In this document: positions 9,136 to 19,803 of the stretch, piece by piece
Position numbering within the stretch: position 1 is the stretch's first letter
Layout of the letters: every line of letters begins with the position of its first letter
Origin: an uncultured Trueperaceae bacterium
GTDB taxonomy: Bacteria > Deinococcota > Deinococci > Deinococcales > Trueperaceae
Reading direction: 5' to 3'
Assembly: GCA_937873495.1 (NCBI GenBank)
Contig: CALMXZ010000011.1
Span: forward strand, 344,808-408,807
Length of the DNA: 64,000 nt
Notes under the pieces: model-generated
Told to the model about the DNA's origin: nothing
What the model saw: only the letters and a program-made list of their open reading frames with translations
Databases searched by the model: none
Translations under genes and position numbers: made by a program

Positions 9136-10125
9136 TCAGCGGCGCAACAGGTCGATGAGGTGAAGCAAGTTGGCGAACGCCCCGCCCGCAGCGGCGTCGG
9201 CGTGCGGCAGCGGGGAGGTCGTCAGGGCGCCGGTGGCGACGAGGAGCGCGGCGAGCAGCGCGGCCTCGAGGCGCAGGGCGCTGCGCAGCGGCGCGACGGG
9301 GCCGCCGGCGAGGAAGCGCGGCAGGTAGCGGAAGCGGTTGAGGGCGGCCGCCACCACCACGAGCGCGAAGAGGCCGAGTTTCACCCAGAGCGCCACCCCG
9401 TACGCCGAGCGGGCGAAGGCGGCCGGCTCCGTCATGTGGCCGAGGGCGGTGTAGGCGCCGGTGGCCGCAAGGACCACCACCGCCAGCGCGCCGACGGTCG
9501 ACAGGCGCTTGACGGCCGCGGCCAACGCCGAGCGTCCGTCCTCGCCAGGGGCCAGGAGCGCCAGGTAGCCGAGCGGGCCTGCCCACACGCCTGCAGCAAG
9601 CAGATGGATGAAGTCGGCTCCGAGGGGCACGCCGCCTCCCATGGCGGCGGCATGGCTCAGGCGCGCGAAACCGTACATGAGCGCCACCGACGCGCAGGCA
9701 GCCACCGCGCCGAGCGCCGCCCGGGCGGACGCAGGCAGTCGACGCCGCCCGGGCCAAAGCACGAGCGCCACGGTCGCGACCGCCACCAGCCCGGCCAACC
9801 ACCACCGCTCGCGTACGACCCGACCGTGCAACGTCGAGGTGAGGTAGCGGCGCACGAGGTCGGCGTCCACCCGACCGAGGACCTCGCGCAGCGTGGTGGC
9901 GACCTCTAGGAGAGAAGCCGCGACGAGGACGACGGCGCCAAGCAGGACCAGGGCGCCGAACGCCAGGCGCGTCCGCCGCCCGGCGGCGCCGGCTGGGCCG
10001 TCAGGCGGAGCGCCGCGGTCGCCCCCCACCAGGGTCGGGGCGAGCCACATGGCGCAGACGGCGCCGCCGACGAGCAGCATCGTGCCGAGGTAGGCCGAGG
10101 CCTTGAGCGCGGCGGCGAGCGTCAT
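9136..10125 (-). CDS. CopD-family-like polytopic membrane protein (putative copper resistance protein D)
   Basis: 329 aa starting MTLAAALKASAYLG, with about 8 hydrophobic helices. The upstream part of the listed 630-aa ORF overlaps tdh and is rejected. Confidence 0.4.
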   Translation of the reverse strand: MTLAAALKASAYLGTMLLVGGAVCAMWLAPTLVGGDRGAPPDGPAGAAGRRTRLAFGALVLLGAVVLVAASLLEVATTLREVLGRVDADLVRRYLTSTLHGRVVRERWWLAGLVAVATVALVLWPGRRRLPASARAALGAVAACASVALMYGFARLSHAAAMGGGVPLGADFIHLLAAGVWAGPLGYLALLAPGEDGRSALAAAVKRLSTVGALAVVVLAATGAYTALGHMTEPAAFARSAYGVALWVKLGLFALVVVAAALNRFRYLPRFLAGGPVAPLRSALRLEAALLAALLVATGALTTSPLPHADAAAGGAFANLLHLIDLLRR

Positions 10126-10187
10126 CAGCGCCCGGAGCGCCTCGGAGCCGCGCTCGCTACCCCGGTCCGCGCTCCGCCCCGCACCCC

Positions 10188-11219
10188 TCAGCTCCAGTCG
10201 AGGATGACTTTGCCGGCTTCGCCAGAGCGCATGACGTCGAACGCCTGCTGGAACTCCTCGGCCGCGAAGCGGTGGGTGATCACCGGCGTCACGTCGAGCC
10301 CGGCCTGCAGCAGGTTGCTCATCTTGTACCAGGTCTCGAACATCTGCCGACCGTAGATCCCCTGCAGGTTCAGGCCCTTGAAGATGACCTTGTTCCAGTC
10401 GATGGCGATGTCGCGCGAGGGGATCCCGAGGAGCGCGACCTTGCCGCCGTGGATGACGGTGTCGAGGATCTGGCCGTACGCCGGCGCGGCGCCCGACATC
10501 TCCAGCGCGACGTCGAAGCCCTCCCGCATGCCCAGCCCCGCCATGACGTCGTGCAGGTCGGTGGTCGGGTCGGACACGTCGACGCCGACGGTCGCCCCCA
10601 GCCTCTGCGCCATGGCGAGGCGGCCGGGCTTGACGTCGGTGATGACGATGTTGCGCGCGCCAACGAACCGCGCCACCGCGGCCGCCATGAGGCCGATCGG
10701 CCCGGCGCCCGTGATGAGCACGTCCTCGCCGACGAGATCGTAGGTCAGGGCCGTGTGGACGGCGTTGCCGAGGGGGTCGAGGATGGCGCCGATGTCGTCC
10801 GGGATGGCGTCCGGCAGCTTGAAGGCGTTGAACGCCGGCAGCACGAAGTAGTCGGCGAAGGCCCCCTGGCGCTGCACACCGACCCCGACGGTGTTGCGGC
10901 ATAGGTGCCTGCGGCCGGCACGGCAGTTGCGGCAGTGACCGCACGTGATGTGCCCCTCGCCGCTGACGCGGTCGCCAACGGCGAAGCCGCTCACCTCGGA
11001 CCCGACGCCGGCGACGACGCCGACCCATTCGTGGCCGGTGACTAGTGGGACCGGCACGGTCCGCTGCGACCAGGCGTCCCAGTTGTAGATGTGGACGTCC
11101 GTGCCGCAGAGGCTCGTCTTGGTGATGCGGACCAGCAGGTCGTTCGGTCCGGGCACGGGCTCCGGCACCTCGACACGCCAGATACCCTCACGCGGCTCGA
11201 GCTTGGAGAGCGCTCTCAT
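10188..11219 (-). CDS. tdh: L-threonine 3-dehydrogenase (Zn-dependent MDR family)
   Basis: 343 aa. Zn-ADH motifs (CGTDVH, GHEWVG, GHCRNC) and strong similarity to bacterial Tdh. GGGAGG RBS. Confidence 0.9.
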   Translation of the reverse strand: MRALSKLEPREGIWRVEVPEPVPGPNDLLVRITKTSLCGTDVHIYNWDAWSQRTVPVPLVTGHEWVGVVAGVGSEVSGFAVGDRVSGEGHITCGHCRNCRAGRRHLCRNTVGVGVQRQGAFADYFVLPAFNAFKLPDAIPDDIGAILDPLGNAVHTALTYDLVGEDVLITGAGPIGLMAAAVARFVGARNIVITDVKPGRLAMAQRLGATVGVDVSDPTTDLHDVMAGLGMREGFDVALEMSGAAPAYGQILDTVIHGGKVALLGIPSRDIAIDWNKVIFKGLNLQGIYGRQMFETWYKMSNLLQAGLDVTPVITHRFAAEEFQQAFDVMRSGEAGKVILDWS

Positions 11220-11394
11220 CTGTCCTAGGTTCCTCCCACCTTCGGCGTGCTCGGCACGCCGTCGGCCTGCTGCCGGCCGCGGCCGCCATCATCGCACGCG
11301 CCGTGGCCCGAAGCGCGCCCACTCCGACCCGTGAAGGGCGACCGCGCCGGGGCCGGTCCGCGTAGCGGTGCGGCTCGGCCCCGGGTCACTCTGC

Positions 11395-12621
11395 TCAGAC
11401 GAGCCCGAGCTCCTTGCCGGCCTGGACGAAGGCGGCGACCGCGTGCTCCAACTGCGCGCGCGTGTGGGCGGCCGACATCTGGGTGCGGATGCGCGCCTGG
11501 CCGCGCGGCACGACCGGGAACGAGAAGCCGACGACGTACACGCCGAGCTCCAACATGCGCTCGGCCAGGCGGGTGGCGAGCGCGGCGTCACCGATCATCA
11601 CGGGGATGATGGGGTGCCCTTCGCCCGCCAGGGTGAACCCGGCGTCCGTCATGGCGCCCCGGAAGTAGGCGGCGTTGTCGCGCAGCCGCTCGCGCAGCTC
11701 GGCGCCGCCCTCGAGCAGGTCCAGGACCTTGAGCGAGGCAGCCACCACGCTCGGCGCGAGCGAGTTGGAGAAGAGGTACGGCCTGCTGCGCTGCCTAAGC
11801 CACTCGACGATCTGCCGCCGGCCGCTCGTGTAGCCGCCGGAAGCGCCCCCAAGGGCCTTTCCGAGGGTGCCTGTGAGGATGTCGACGCGGCCCTCGACGC
11901 CGCGCGCCTCGAACGAGCCCCGACCGTTCTCGCCCGTGAAGCCCGTCGCGTGGCTGTCGTCGACCATGACGAGGGCGTCGAAGCGGTCCGCCAGGTCGCA
12001 GACGCCCGCCAGGTCGGCGATGACGCCGTCCATCGAGAACACGCCGTCGGTGGCGATGAGCTTGACGCGCGCGCCGGCGGCGTCCGCGGCACGGAGCTGC
12101 CTCTCCAGGTCCGCCATGTCGTTGTTGTTGTACCTGAAGCGCTTCGCTTTCGACAGGCGCACGCCGTCGATGATGCTGGCGTGGTTGAGGGCGTCGGAGA
12201 CGATGGCGTCCTCCTCGCCGAGGAGCGTCTCGAAGAGGCCGCCGTTCGCGTCGAAGCAGCTCGAGTAGAGGATCGTGTCGTCGGTGCCGAGGAAGGCGCT
12301 GAGGCGCCCCTCGAGCTCCTTGTGGATGTCCTGCGTGCCGCAGATGAAGCGCACGGAGGCGACCCCGAAGCCCCGCTCGTCGAGGCCGCGTTGGGCCGCC
12401 GCGATGACCTCCGGGTGGTTGGCCAGCCCGAGGTAGTTGTTGGCGCAGAGGTTGAGGACCTCGCGCTCCACGCCGCCGTCGCTCACCGTCACGCGCGCCT
12501 GTTGCTGCGATGAGATCACGCGTTCGGACTTGTAGAGGCCCTCGGCGCGCAGACCGGCGAGCCGGCTCTCCAGGTCCGTGAGGAACGCGGCGCGAACGGC
12601 GCCGGGACGATCACTCGCCAT
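11395..12621 (-). CDS. kbl: 2-amino-3-ketobutyrate CoA ligase (glycine C-acetyltransferase), PLP-dependent
   Basis: 408 aa. Class-II aminotransferase fold with lysine motif DSHATGF…TLGKALGG. Classic kbl-tdh order. Confidence 0.9.
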   Translation of the reverse strand: MASDRPGAVRAAFLTDLESRLAGLRAEGLYKSERVISSQQQARVTVSDGGVEREVLNLCANNYLGLANHPEVIAAAQRGLDERGFGVASVRFICGTQDIHKELEGRLSAFLGTDDTILYSSCFDANGGLFETLLGEEDAIVSDALNHASIIDGVRLSKAKRFRYNNNDMADLERQLRAADAAGARVKLIATDGVFSMDGVIADLAGVCDLADRFDALVMVDDSHATGFTGENGRGSFEARGVEGRVDILTGTLGKALGGASGGYTSGRRQIVEWLRQRSRPYLFSNSLAPSVVAASLKVLDLLEGGAELRERLRDNAAYFRGAMTDAGFTLAGEGHPIIPVMIGDAALATRLAERMLELGVYVVGFSFPVVPRGQARIRTQMSAAHTRAQLEHAVAAFVQAGKELGLV

Positions 12622-15028
12622 ACGGCACCCACACGTTCTTGACCCGGGTGGCGCGGCGGAGGAACTCGGGGCCCGCCGCCTGCGCGTCGTCGTACCAGTC
12701 GCGCGCCCTGCCCGAGTTCACCCACGTCGCCTTCAGGTTGCCCGCGCTCTCGCGCTCCACCATGGCGCTCCCTTCGGCCGAGCCCACGTACCAGATGGCC
12801 TCGACGGCGTCGTGCTGAGCGAGGACCTTGGCGAGCTCGTCGCGCACGCCCGTCACGATGTTGATGGCCCCGCCCGGCACGTCGGACGTATCGAACACCT
12901 GATAGAGGTCGGTGACCGGCAGCGGCCAGCGCGCGCTCGGCACGGCGACCACGCGGTTGCCCATGGCGAGCGCGGGCGCGACGAGCGAGACGAAGGCGAG
13001 GAGCGGCGCCTCGTCGGGGCACACGACGGCGAGGACGTCGTACGGCTCGTTCATGGCAAGCGTCACGTTGCGCATGGGGGTCGGATGCACGCGCCCGTCG
13101 TACTTGTCGGCGTAGGCGGCGGCGGAGAACAAGCGGTCGACGCTCTTCTCGACCTCGCGGCCCGCCGCCTTGCGCGTGCCGCCCACCAGGCTGCGCAGGC
13201 GCTCCTCGAACTCCGGCGCGCGCGCGGACAGGTTCTCGGCCACGTAGTAGAGGACCTGGGCGCGCGCATGCGCGGTCGCCTGGGTCCAGGCGCCGGACTT
13301 CACGGCTGCCTCGACGGCGTCGCGCACGTCCTTGCGGTTGCCTAAGGGGGCGTCGCCGACCCGCGCTCCCGCGGCGCTGAGCACCGGGTAGGAGTAGTTG
13401 CCGTCGGGGCGCTTCTGCTTGCCGCCGATGTAGAGCTTCGGCGTGCGGTCGATCGGGGCGAACGCCACGGCCCCCCCATGACCGCCATCGAGGCCGGCTC
13501 CGAGGTCGGAGGCGGCCGCCGGCGGCGCCAGGTCGCCGCTCGAGTAGCGCGCCAGGCGCGCCTCGAAGCGGGGCTTGAGGTACTCGAACATCCCTTCCCT
13601 GCCTCCCTCGCGCCCGAAGCCGCTCTCGCGGTAGCCGCCGAAGCCGGCCGCCGCGTCGAACTGGTTGGTGCAGTTCACCCACACGACGCCGGCCTTGAGC
13701 TTGGGCGCGACGTCTAGGGCCAGGTTGATGTTCTCCGTCCATACGCTCGCGGCGAGGCCGTAGCGCGTGTCGTTCGCCAGCTCGACCGCCTCGGCGGGGG
13801 TGCGGAACGTGAGGCTCACGATCACCGGGCCGAAGATCTCTTCCTGCGCGATGGCGGCGGCCGGGGAGACCTCGGTGAACAGGGTCGGCGGGTAGTACCA
13901 GCCGTCCTTCGGCGCGCTCCAGCTCGGCTGGTAGCACCGCGCGCCCTCGGCCCTGCCCTGCTCGACGAGGCGCTCGATCTTGGAGAGCTGGACGGGCGCG
14001 ATGATCGCGCCGATGTCTATCCCCTTGTCGAGCGACGGACCCTCGCGCAACGTCTCCATGCGCGCGACGAGCTTGGCCTCCATGCGCCTCGCGACGCTCT
14101 CCTGCACGAGCAGGCGGCTGCCGGCGCAGCAGACCTGGCCCTGGTTGAACCAGATCGCGTCGACGACGCCCTCGACGGCGCTGTCCAGGTCGGCGTCGTC
14201 GAAGACGATGAACGGCGACTTGCCGCCCAGCTCGAGGGAGAGCTTCACGCCGCGCCCCGCCGTGGCGCGGCGGATGATGCGCCCCACCTCGGTGGAGCCC
14301 GTGAACGCCACCTTGTCGATGCCGTCGGCATCAACGAGCGCGGCGCCCGTGAGCCCGTCGCCCGTAACGACGTTGAAGACGCCGGCCGGGAGGCCGACCT
14401 CGTTGGCGAGCTCGGCGAAGAGCAGGGCCGTGAGGGGCGTGAACTCGGCCGGCTTCAGCACTACCGTGTTGCCGGCGGCCAAGGCCGGGGCTACCTTCCA
14501 AGCGAGCATGAGCAGCGGGAAGTTCCACGGGATGATCTGGGCGCAGACGCCCACGCCCTCGTAGTCGGGGAACTCCTTGTCGAGCAGTTGTGCCCAGCCC
14601 GCGTGGTGGTAGAAGTGGCGCGCCACCAATGGCACGTCGAGGTCGCGGGTCTCGCGGATGGGCTTGCCGTTGTCGAGCGCCTCGAGGACCGCCAGCAACC
14701 GGGCGTGCTTCTGCACGTGCCGGGCGAGGGCGTACAGGTAGCGGGCCCGGCCGGGGCCGCCCAGATCGCGCCAAGCCGGCAGCGCGGCCCGGGCCGCCTT
14801 GACGGCCTTCGCCACGTCGCGCTCGTCGCCCTGCGCCACCTGGGCCAGCTCCTTGCCGTCACCGGGGTGGTAGGTGGCGAAGGTCTCGCCGGCGGCCGGC
14901 TTTACGAAGCGCCCACCGATGAAGTGTCCGAAACGCCTGCCGTGGCGTTCGAGCCACGCCACCGCGACGTCGGCCGCCTCGGGGGCGGGGCCGTACTCCA
15001 TCGTCTCGAAGATCTCCTTCACGCTCAT
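12611..15028 (-). CDS. Aldehyde dehydrogenase family protein with a second, degenerate ALDH-like C-terminal domain (805 aa)
   Basis: N-terminal domain has the ALDH catalytic motifs ELGGKSP and [15 protein letters not shown]. The C-terminal roughly 315 aa is ALDH-like but lacks the Cys and Glu motifs. Overlaps the kbl start by 11 nt. Confidence 0.8.
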   Translation of the reverse strand: MSVKEIFETMEYGPAPEAADVAVAWLERHGRRFGHFIGGRFVKPAAGETFATYHPGDGKELAQVAQGDERDVAKAVKAARAALPAWRDLGGPGRARYLYALARHVQKHARLLAVLEALDNGKPIRETRDLDVPLVARHFYHHAGWAQLLDKEFPDYEGVGVCAQIIPWNFPLLMLAWKVAPALAAGNTVVLKPAEFTPLTALLFAELANEVGLPAGVFNVVTGDGLTGAALVDADGIDKVAFTGSTEVGRIIRRATAGRGVKLSLELGGKSPFIVFDDADLDSAVEGVVDAIWFNQGQVCCAGSRLLVQESVARRMEAKLVARMETLREGPSLDKGIDIGAIIAPVQLSKIERLVEQGRAEGARCYQPSWSAPKDGWYYPPTLFTEVSPAAAIAQEEIFGPVIVSLTFRTPAEAVELANDTRYGLAASVWTENINLALDVAPKLKAGVVWVNCTNQFDAAAGFGGYRESGFGREGGREGMFEYLKPRFEARLARYSSGDLAPPAAASDLGAGLDGGHGGAVAFAPIDRTPKLYIGGKQKRPDGNYSYPVLSAAGARVGDAPLGNRKDVRDAVEAAVKSGAWTQATAHARAQVLYYVAENLSARAPEFEERLRSLVGGTRKAAGREVEKSVDRLFSAAAYADKYDGRVHPTPMRNVTLAMNEPYDVLAVVCPDEAPLLAFVSLVAPALAMGNRVVAVPSARWPLPVTDLYQVFDTSDVPGGAINIVTGVRDELAKVLAQHDAVEAIWYVGSAEGSAMVERESAGNLKATWVNSGRARDWYDDAQAAGPEFLRRATRVKNVWVPYGE

Positions 15029-15102
15029 CTCTCACAGACTCCTTAAGCCGGTGGACGAGCCGGCCGAGCGACCGGCCTCGCATGGCGACGGGGCCCCGGC
15101 CA

Positions 15103-16110
15103 TCAGCCGAGCGGGTGGCGGTAGGTTGCCGAGTAGCGGCCCGTGACGTGGTGCTCGAGCTGCCGTTCGATGTCGGCCAGCAGCGAGCTGGCGCCGATCC
15201 TGAAGAGGTCGGGTTCCAACCAGCGGCGCCCCAGCTCCTCCTTCATGAGGACGAGCCATGCGAGCGCGTCCTTGGCCGTGCGCAGCCCGCCCGCCGGCTT
15301 GAAGCCGACGGCGCTGCCAGTGCGCTCGAAGTACTCGCGTATAGCGCGCGCCATGACGAGGCTGACGGGCAGCGTGGCGTTGACCGGCTCCTTGCCCGTC
15401 GACGTCTTGATGAAGTCGGAGCCGGCCATCATGGCGACCAGGCTCGCCTTGTAGACGTTGCGCAGGGTGCCGAGCTCGCCGGTCGCGAGGATGGCCTTCA
15501 TGTGCGCGGGGCCGCACGCCTGCCTGAACAGCCTGAGTTCCTCGTACAGCGCTTCCCAGTCGTGGGTGAGGGCGTGGCGCCGCGAGATGACGATGTCGAT
15601 CTCGTCGGCGCCGGCGGCGACCGATTGACGGATCTCCTCGATGCGGGTCTCGAGCGGCGAGAGGCCCGCCGGGAAACCGGTCGAGACGGCAGCGACCGGG
15701 ACCCCGGAACCGCGCAAGGCCGCGACGGCGGCAGGCACCATGTCGTGATAGACGCATACCGCGCCGGTGGTGATGCGCAGGTCGCCGACGCCGAGGGCGT
15801 CGAGCAGGTCCTGGCGCACGGGGTGCATGGCCTTGGCGCACAGGCGCCGCACGCGGCCCGGGGTGTCGTCGCCCGCCAGGGTCGTCAGGTCGATGAGCGT
15901 GACGGCCTTGAGGAGCCAGGCGGCCTGCCAGTCCTTCTTGACGCTGCGGCGCGTCGTGAGGGTGGCGGCGCGGCGCTCGACGGCGCTGAGGTTGACGCGC
16001 ACCCCCTCCACCCAGTCGAGCTCGAGGGCCATGCCGTCGTTGCGCGGCAGCGGCGCGGCGTGGGCGGCGGCCTGCTCCAGCCTGAGGTCTACTTCACGCG
16101 ACATGGTCAT
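15103..16110 (-). CDS. deoC: Deoxyribose-phosphate aldolase, long form (335 aa)
   Basis: Internal Met start MTMSREV… preceded by a GGAGAG RBS. DERA TIM-barrel motifs (IDLTTL…, FIKTSTGK Schiff-base lysine region). The upstream 228 codons of the listed ORF are an antisense shadow. Confidence 0.8.
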   Translation of the reverse strand: MTMSREVDLRLEQAAAHAAPLPRNDGMALELDWVEGVRVNLSAVERRAATLTTRRSVKKDWQAAWLLKAVTLIDLTTLAGDDTPGRVRRLCAKAMHPVRQDLLDALGVGDLRITTGAVCVYHDMVPAAVAALRGSGVPVAAVSTGFPAGLSPLETRIEEIRQSVAAGADEIDIVISRRHALTHDWEALYEELRLFRQACGPAHMKAILATGELGTLRNVYKASLVAMMAGSDFIKTSTGKEPVNATLPVSLVMARAIREYFERTGSAVGFKPAGGLRTAKDALAWLVLMKEELGRRWLEPDLFRIGASSLLADIERQLEHHVTGRYSATYRHPLG

Positions 16111-16200
16111 GCCTTCTCTCCTATCGCTGGAGCATACACTGGCGTCTGGGTCGGGCTTTGCGGCGCTGCCACCAGGCCGCGACCCCAATGGAGGCGAACC

Positions 16201-17199
16201 GTGCAACTGACCAACTTCCCGCGCCGCCGCTACACGGCGGGCGCCACCCCGCTCGAGCCGCTCCCACGGCTGAGCGCCCATCTTGGCGGGCCGAACCTCT
16301 GGATCAAACGCGACGACCTGCTCGGGCTCGCCGCCGGCGGGAACAAGACGCGCAAGCTCGAGTTCCTGGTCGCCGACGCGATCGAGAAGGGCGCCGACAC
16401 GCTCGTGACGACGGGCGCCGTGCAGTCGAACCACTGCCGCCTCACGCTCGCGGCGGCCGTGCGCGAAGGCCTCGCCTGCCGCCTCGTGCTCGAAGAGCGC
16501 GTCGCGAACAGCTACTCGGTCGGCGCGAGCGGCAACAACTTCCTCTTCGGTCTCCTCGGCGTCGAGGCCGTGACCGTCGTGCCGGCCGGCACCGACCTCA
16601 TGGCCGAGATGAACAAGGTCGCCGCCGAGCTGGCCGCCCAGGGGCGCTCGGCCTACGTCATCCCTGGCGGCGGCTCCAACACCCTCGGCGCGCTCGGCTA
16701 CGTGAGCTGCGCACAGGAGCTGATGCAGCAGGCCTTCGAGATGGGGCTCGACATCGACCACCTCGTGACGGCGAGCGGCAGCGGCGGCACCCACGCCGGG
16801 GTCGTCGCGGGCCTGACGGGCACCAGCGCCGGCGTGCCGGTCACGGGCATCAGCGTGCGGGCACCCAAGGCGCCCCAGGAGGAGAAGATCCTCGGGTTGG
16901 CGCGGGCCACCGCGGAGCTGGCCGGCTCGCAGCGACTGCCGACGGCGGAGGACGTCGTCGTGCTAGACGACTACGTCGGCGCCGGTTACTCCCTGCCTAC
17001 GGACGGCATGATCGAGGCGGTCAAGCTCTTCGCGCGGCTGGACGGTGTGCTCCTCGACCCCGTGTACACGGGCAAGGCGGCGGCCGGTCTGATCGACATG
17101 GTGCGGCGCGGGACGTTCGGGCGTCACGACGACGTCGTCTTCCTCCACACGGGAGGCAGCCCGGCGCTCTACGCCTACCAGGACGTCCTCGCCGGCTGA
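16201..17199 (+). CDS. PLP-dependent ACC deaminase / D-cysteine desulfhydrase family lyase (DcyD/CuyA-like)
   Basis: GTG start after a GGAGG RBS. 333 aa with KRDDL…GGNKTRKLEF PLP-lysine motif and glycine loops, typical of the ACCD/DcyD/CuyA family. Confidence 0.75.
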   Translation: MQLTNFPRRRYTAGATPLEPLPRLSAHLGGPNLWIKRDDLLGLAAGGNKTRKLEFLVADAIEKGADTLVTTGAVQSNHCRLTLAAAVREGLACRLVLEERVANSYSVGASGNNFLFGLLGVEAVTVVPAGTDLMAEMNKVAAELAAQGRSAYVIPGGGSNTLGALGYVSCAQELMQQAFEMGLDIDHLVTASGSGGTHAGVVAGLTGTSAGVPVTGISVRAPKAPQEEKILGLARATAELAGSQRLPTAEDVVVLDDYVGAGYSLPTDGMIEAVKLFARLDGVLLDPVYTGKAAAGLIDMVRRGTFGRHDDVVFLHTGGSPALYAYQDVLAG

Positions 17200-17912
17200 T
17201 GGATAGGCGGCGGGTCATCGGCGTGCTCGGCGGGCTCGGGCCGGCCGCCACGGTGGACTTCTACGCCAAGCTCGTGGCGGCCACCCCGGCGCGGCGCGAC
17301 CAGGACCACATCCACGTGATCATCGACGCCGACCCGAGCGCGCCGAACCGCAACGACGCCGTGGCGGGCGTCGGTCCGAGCCCCGAACCGCAGCTCGTCG
17401 GCATGGCGACCCGCTTGGCGGCGGCCGGGGCCGAGGCGCTGTTCATGGTGTGCAACACGGCGCACGCCTACGCGCCGGCCATCCGCGCGGCGGTCGCCAC
17501 GCCGCTCGTGAGCATCATCGAGGAGACCGTGGCCGCGACGTTGGCGGCCGCGCCCGGGGTCGACCGCGTCGGCGTCCTCGCCGCGGCGGGCGCCCAGGAC
17601 GCCAGGCTCTACCCGACCGAGTTCGCTCGGCACGGCGTGAGCGTGGTCGAGCCGCGCGGCGAGCTCCGCGAACGGTTCATGGCGCTCCTCTACCGCATCA
17701 AGGCGGGCGACACGGGGCAGGAGGTCAGGGCCGGCATGCGCGCCATCGCGCTCGAGCTCGTCGAGCTCGGTGCGCAGGCCGTGGTCGCCGGCTGCACGGA
17801 GGTCCCGCTCGTCCTGGCTCAGGCCGACATCGGAGCGATCCCGCTCGTCTCATCGACGGACGCGCTGGTGAGCGCGGCCGTTGCCATCGGGACGGGCGTG
17901 CGGCCGCTGTGA
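17198..17912 (+). CDS. Aspartate/glutamate/hydantoin racemase family protein
   Basis: 238 aa. VIGVLGGLGPAAT… and …FMVCNTAH… two-Cys racemase motifs. Start overlaps the dcyD-like stop (ATGA). Confidence 0.75.
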
Positions 17913-18034
17913 CCACGGGGGCGTAGGCCCGGACCACCGTGCTAAGCTTCCCCCGCGAAGGCGTCAACGCGGGACCGCGACGGGCATGCCCGCGGACCGG
18001 GTTGGGCCTCGAACACCATCTTCGGAGGCGATAC

Positions 18035-18916
18035 GTGAAGCGACTCATCTCCACCTCGATCGCGCTCGTCCTGGCCGTCACGCTCTTCTCGGGCATGGCC
18101 GCCGCGCAGGGCGACATCCCGAGCAAGCTCGTGCTCGGCATGGTCCCGAGCCGAGAGGCCAACGCCATCGTCGACAGCCTCGACCCGATCGCCGCCATGC
18201 TGTCCGAGCGCCTCGTCATCCCCGTCGAGACCTTCGTGTCGACGAACTTCGTCGGCCTCGTCGAAGCCGTCGGCACCGGCCGCGTCGACATCGGCCTCTT
18301 CGGCCCCGCCGCGCTCGTCCAGGCCATCGACAACTACGGCGCCGAGGTCATCCTTGCCTCCGTGCGCCAAGGCGCCACCTCCTACCGCGCGCAGTTCAAC
18401 GTGCGGTGTGACAGCGGCATCACGACCTTCGAGCAGCTCCGCGGCAAGACGATCGCCTTCGTCGACCCCGGCTCCGCCTCCGGCTACCAGTTCCCGTTCG
18501 TGACCCTCAAGAACACGTACGGCATCGACCCGAACACCGAGATGACCTCCATCTTCGCCGGCTCGCACGACGCCGCCGCCCTGGCCGTCTACAACGGCGA
18601 CGTCGACGTGTCCGTCACGTTCGGCGGCTCGCCCGGCTCTGACGGCCGCGAGACCATCGAGAAGGACTACCCGGACGTCAAGGACGTCGTGTGCATCCTC
18701 GGCTACTCCGACTACATCCCGAACGACGGCGCCGTCGTCCGGAAGGGCCTCGACCCGGTGCTCGTCGGCCAGATCGCCCAGGCCCTCATCGACATCGCGA
18801 ACACGCCCGAGGGCAAGGAACTCACCAGGACCCTCTTCAACGTGACGGAGTTCGCGCCCGTCGACGCGTCCGCGTACGACATCGTGCGCGAGGTCTCGAA
18901 GGCCTTCCAGCGCTGA
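18035..18916 (+). CDS. ABC transporter substrate-binding protein, PhnD/SsuA-like (phosphonate/phosphite/sulfonate-type) with signal peptide
   Basis: GTG start after GGAGG. Signal peptide LISTSIALVLAVTLFSGMAAAQG. PhnD-like periplasmic binding fold. Confidence 0.75.
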   Translation: MKRLISTSIALVLAVTLFSGMAAAQGDIPSKLVLGMVPSREANAIVDSLDPIAAMLSERLVIPVETFVSTNFVGLVEAVGTGRVDIGLFGPAALVQAIDNYGAEVILASVRQGATSYRAQFNVRCDSGITTFEQLRGKTIAFVDPGSASGYQFPFVTLKNTYGIDPNTEMTSIFAGSHDAAALAVYNGDVDVSVTFGGSPGSDGRETIEKDYPDVKDVVCILGYSDYIPNDGAVVRKGLDPVLVGQIAQALIDIANTPEGKELTRTLFNVTEFAPVDASAYDIVREVSKAFQR

Positions 18917-18999
18917 GTTCGACCTAGAGCACGCTGACCAAGCGCGCCCAAGGACGGGCGGCCGGGGATAGACCCGGCCGCCCGTTTCCGTGTAGCGTT

Positions 19000-19803
19000 G
19001 TGGCCGTCGTGACAGATACCGTGGGACCTGCCGTGGGACATATCGCGTTCGAGAACGTCGAGGTCGTCTACAAGACCGGACTGAAGGCCTTGAAGGGCGT
19101 CACGCTCGCCATCCCGAGAGGCCAGTTCGTCGTCGTGGTCGGCCTTTCCGGTGCGGGCAAGTCGACCTTGATCCGCACGGTCAACAACCTGGTCGTGCCG
19201 TCGTCCGGGCGCGTCGTCGTCGACGGCGTCGACGTGACCAACGCGCGCGGGCAGGCGCTCAGGGCCGCGAGGTCCGACATCGGCATGATCTTCCAGACCT
19301 TCAACCTCGTGAAGCGCTCGAGCGTCATCCGCAACGTCCTGTCCGGCCGCCTCGGCGACCTGCCGGCCTGGCGCGGCGTGCTGAGCGCCTTCCCCAAGGC
19401 CGACCAGGCTTACGCGCACGACTGCCTCGCCCGCGTCGGCATCCCGGAGAAGGCCTACGTGCGCGCCGACGCCCTCTCCGGCGGCCAACAGCAGCGGGTC
19501 GGCATCGCCAGGGCACTGGCCCAGCGCCCGAGCGTGATGCTGGCCGACGAGCCGGTCGCGAGCCTCGACCCGCCCACGTCCCACGCTGTCATGTCGGACC
19601 TCAAGCGCATCGCGCGGGAGGACGGCATCACTACCATCGTGAACCTCCACTTCATCGACATGGCCCGCGACTACGCCGATCGCATCATCGGTATGCGCGA
19701 CGGCGTCGTCGTCTTCGACGGCACGTCCGCGGAGGCGACGGACAGCGCCTTCGAGGAGATCTACGGCCGCCCGATCGACGACAAGGACCTGCGCGGTGCC
19801 TGA
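19000..19803 (+). CDS. phnC: ABC transporter ATP-binding protein, PhnC-like
   Basis: Walker A GLSGAGKST, signature LSGGQQQRV, Walker B MLADEP. Confidence 0.85.
   Translation: MAVVTDTVGPAVGHIAFENVEVVYKTGLKALKGVTLAIPRGQFVVVVGLSGAGKSTLIRTVNNLVVPSSGRVVVDGVDVTNARGQALRAARSDIGMIFQTFNLVKRSSVIRNVLSGRLGDLPAWRGVLSAFPKADQAYAHDCLARVGIPEKAYVRADALSGGQQQRVGIARALAQRPSVMLADEPVASLDPPTSHAVMSDLKRIAREDGITTIVNLHFIDMARDYADRIIGMRDGVVVFDGTSAEATDSAFEEIYGRPIDDKDLRGA

Noticed and set aside
9136-11028. 630-aa minus ORF spanning the CopD-like gene and tdh
   Set aside because: The N-terminal 300 aa overlap tdh out of frame and are Arg/Pro-rich. Only the C-terminal 329 aa starting at MTLAAALK are retained.
15082-17199. 705-aa plus ORF (and 16158..17912, 584 aa)
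   Set aside because: The upstream halves run antisense through deoC and the intergenic promoter. Real starts are GTG 16201 (dcyD-like, after GGAGG) and ATG 17198 (racemase).
17965-17976. 12-bp palindrome CGGGCATGCCCG between the racemase and phnD-like genes
   Set aside because: Short, with no loop suitable for a terminator. Could be a regulator site, but a single short GC palindrome in 70% GC DNA is weak evidence.
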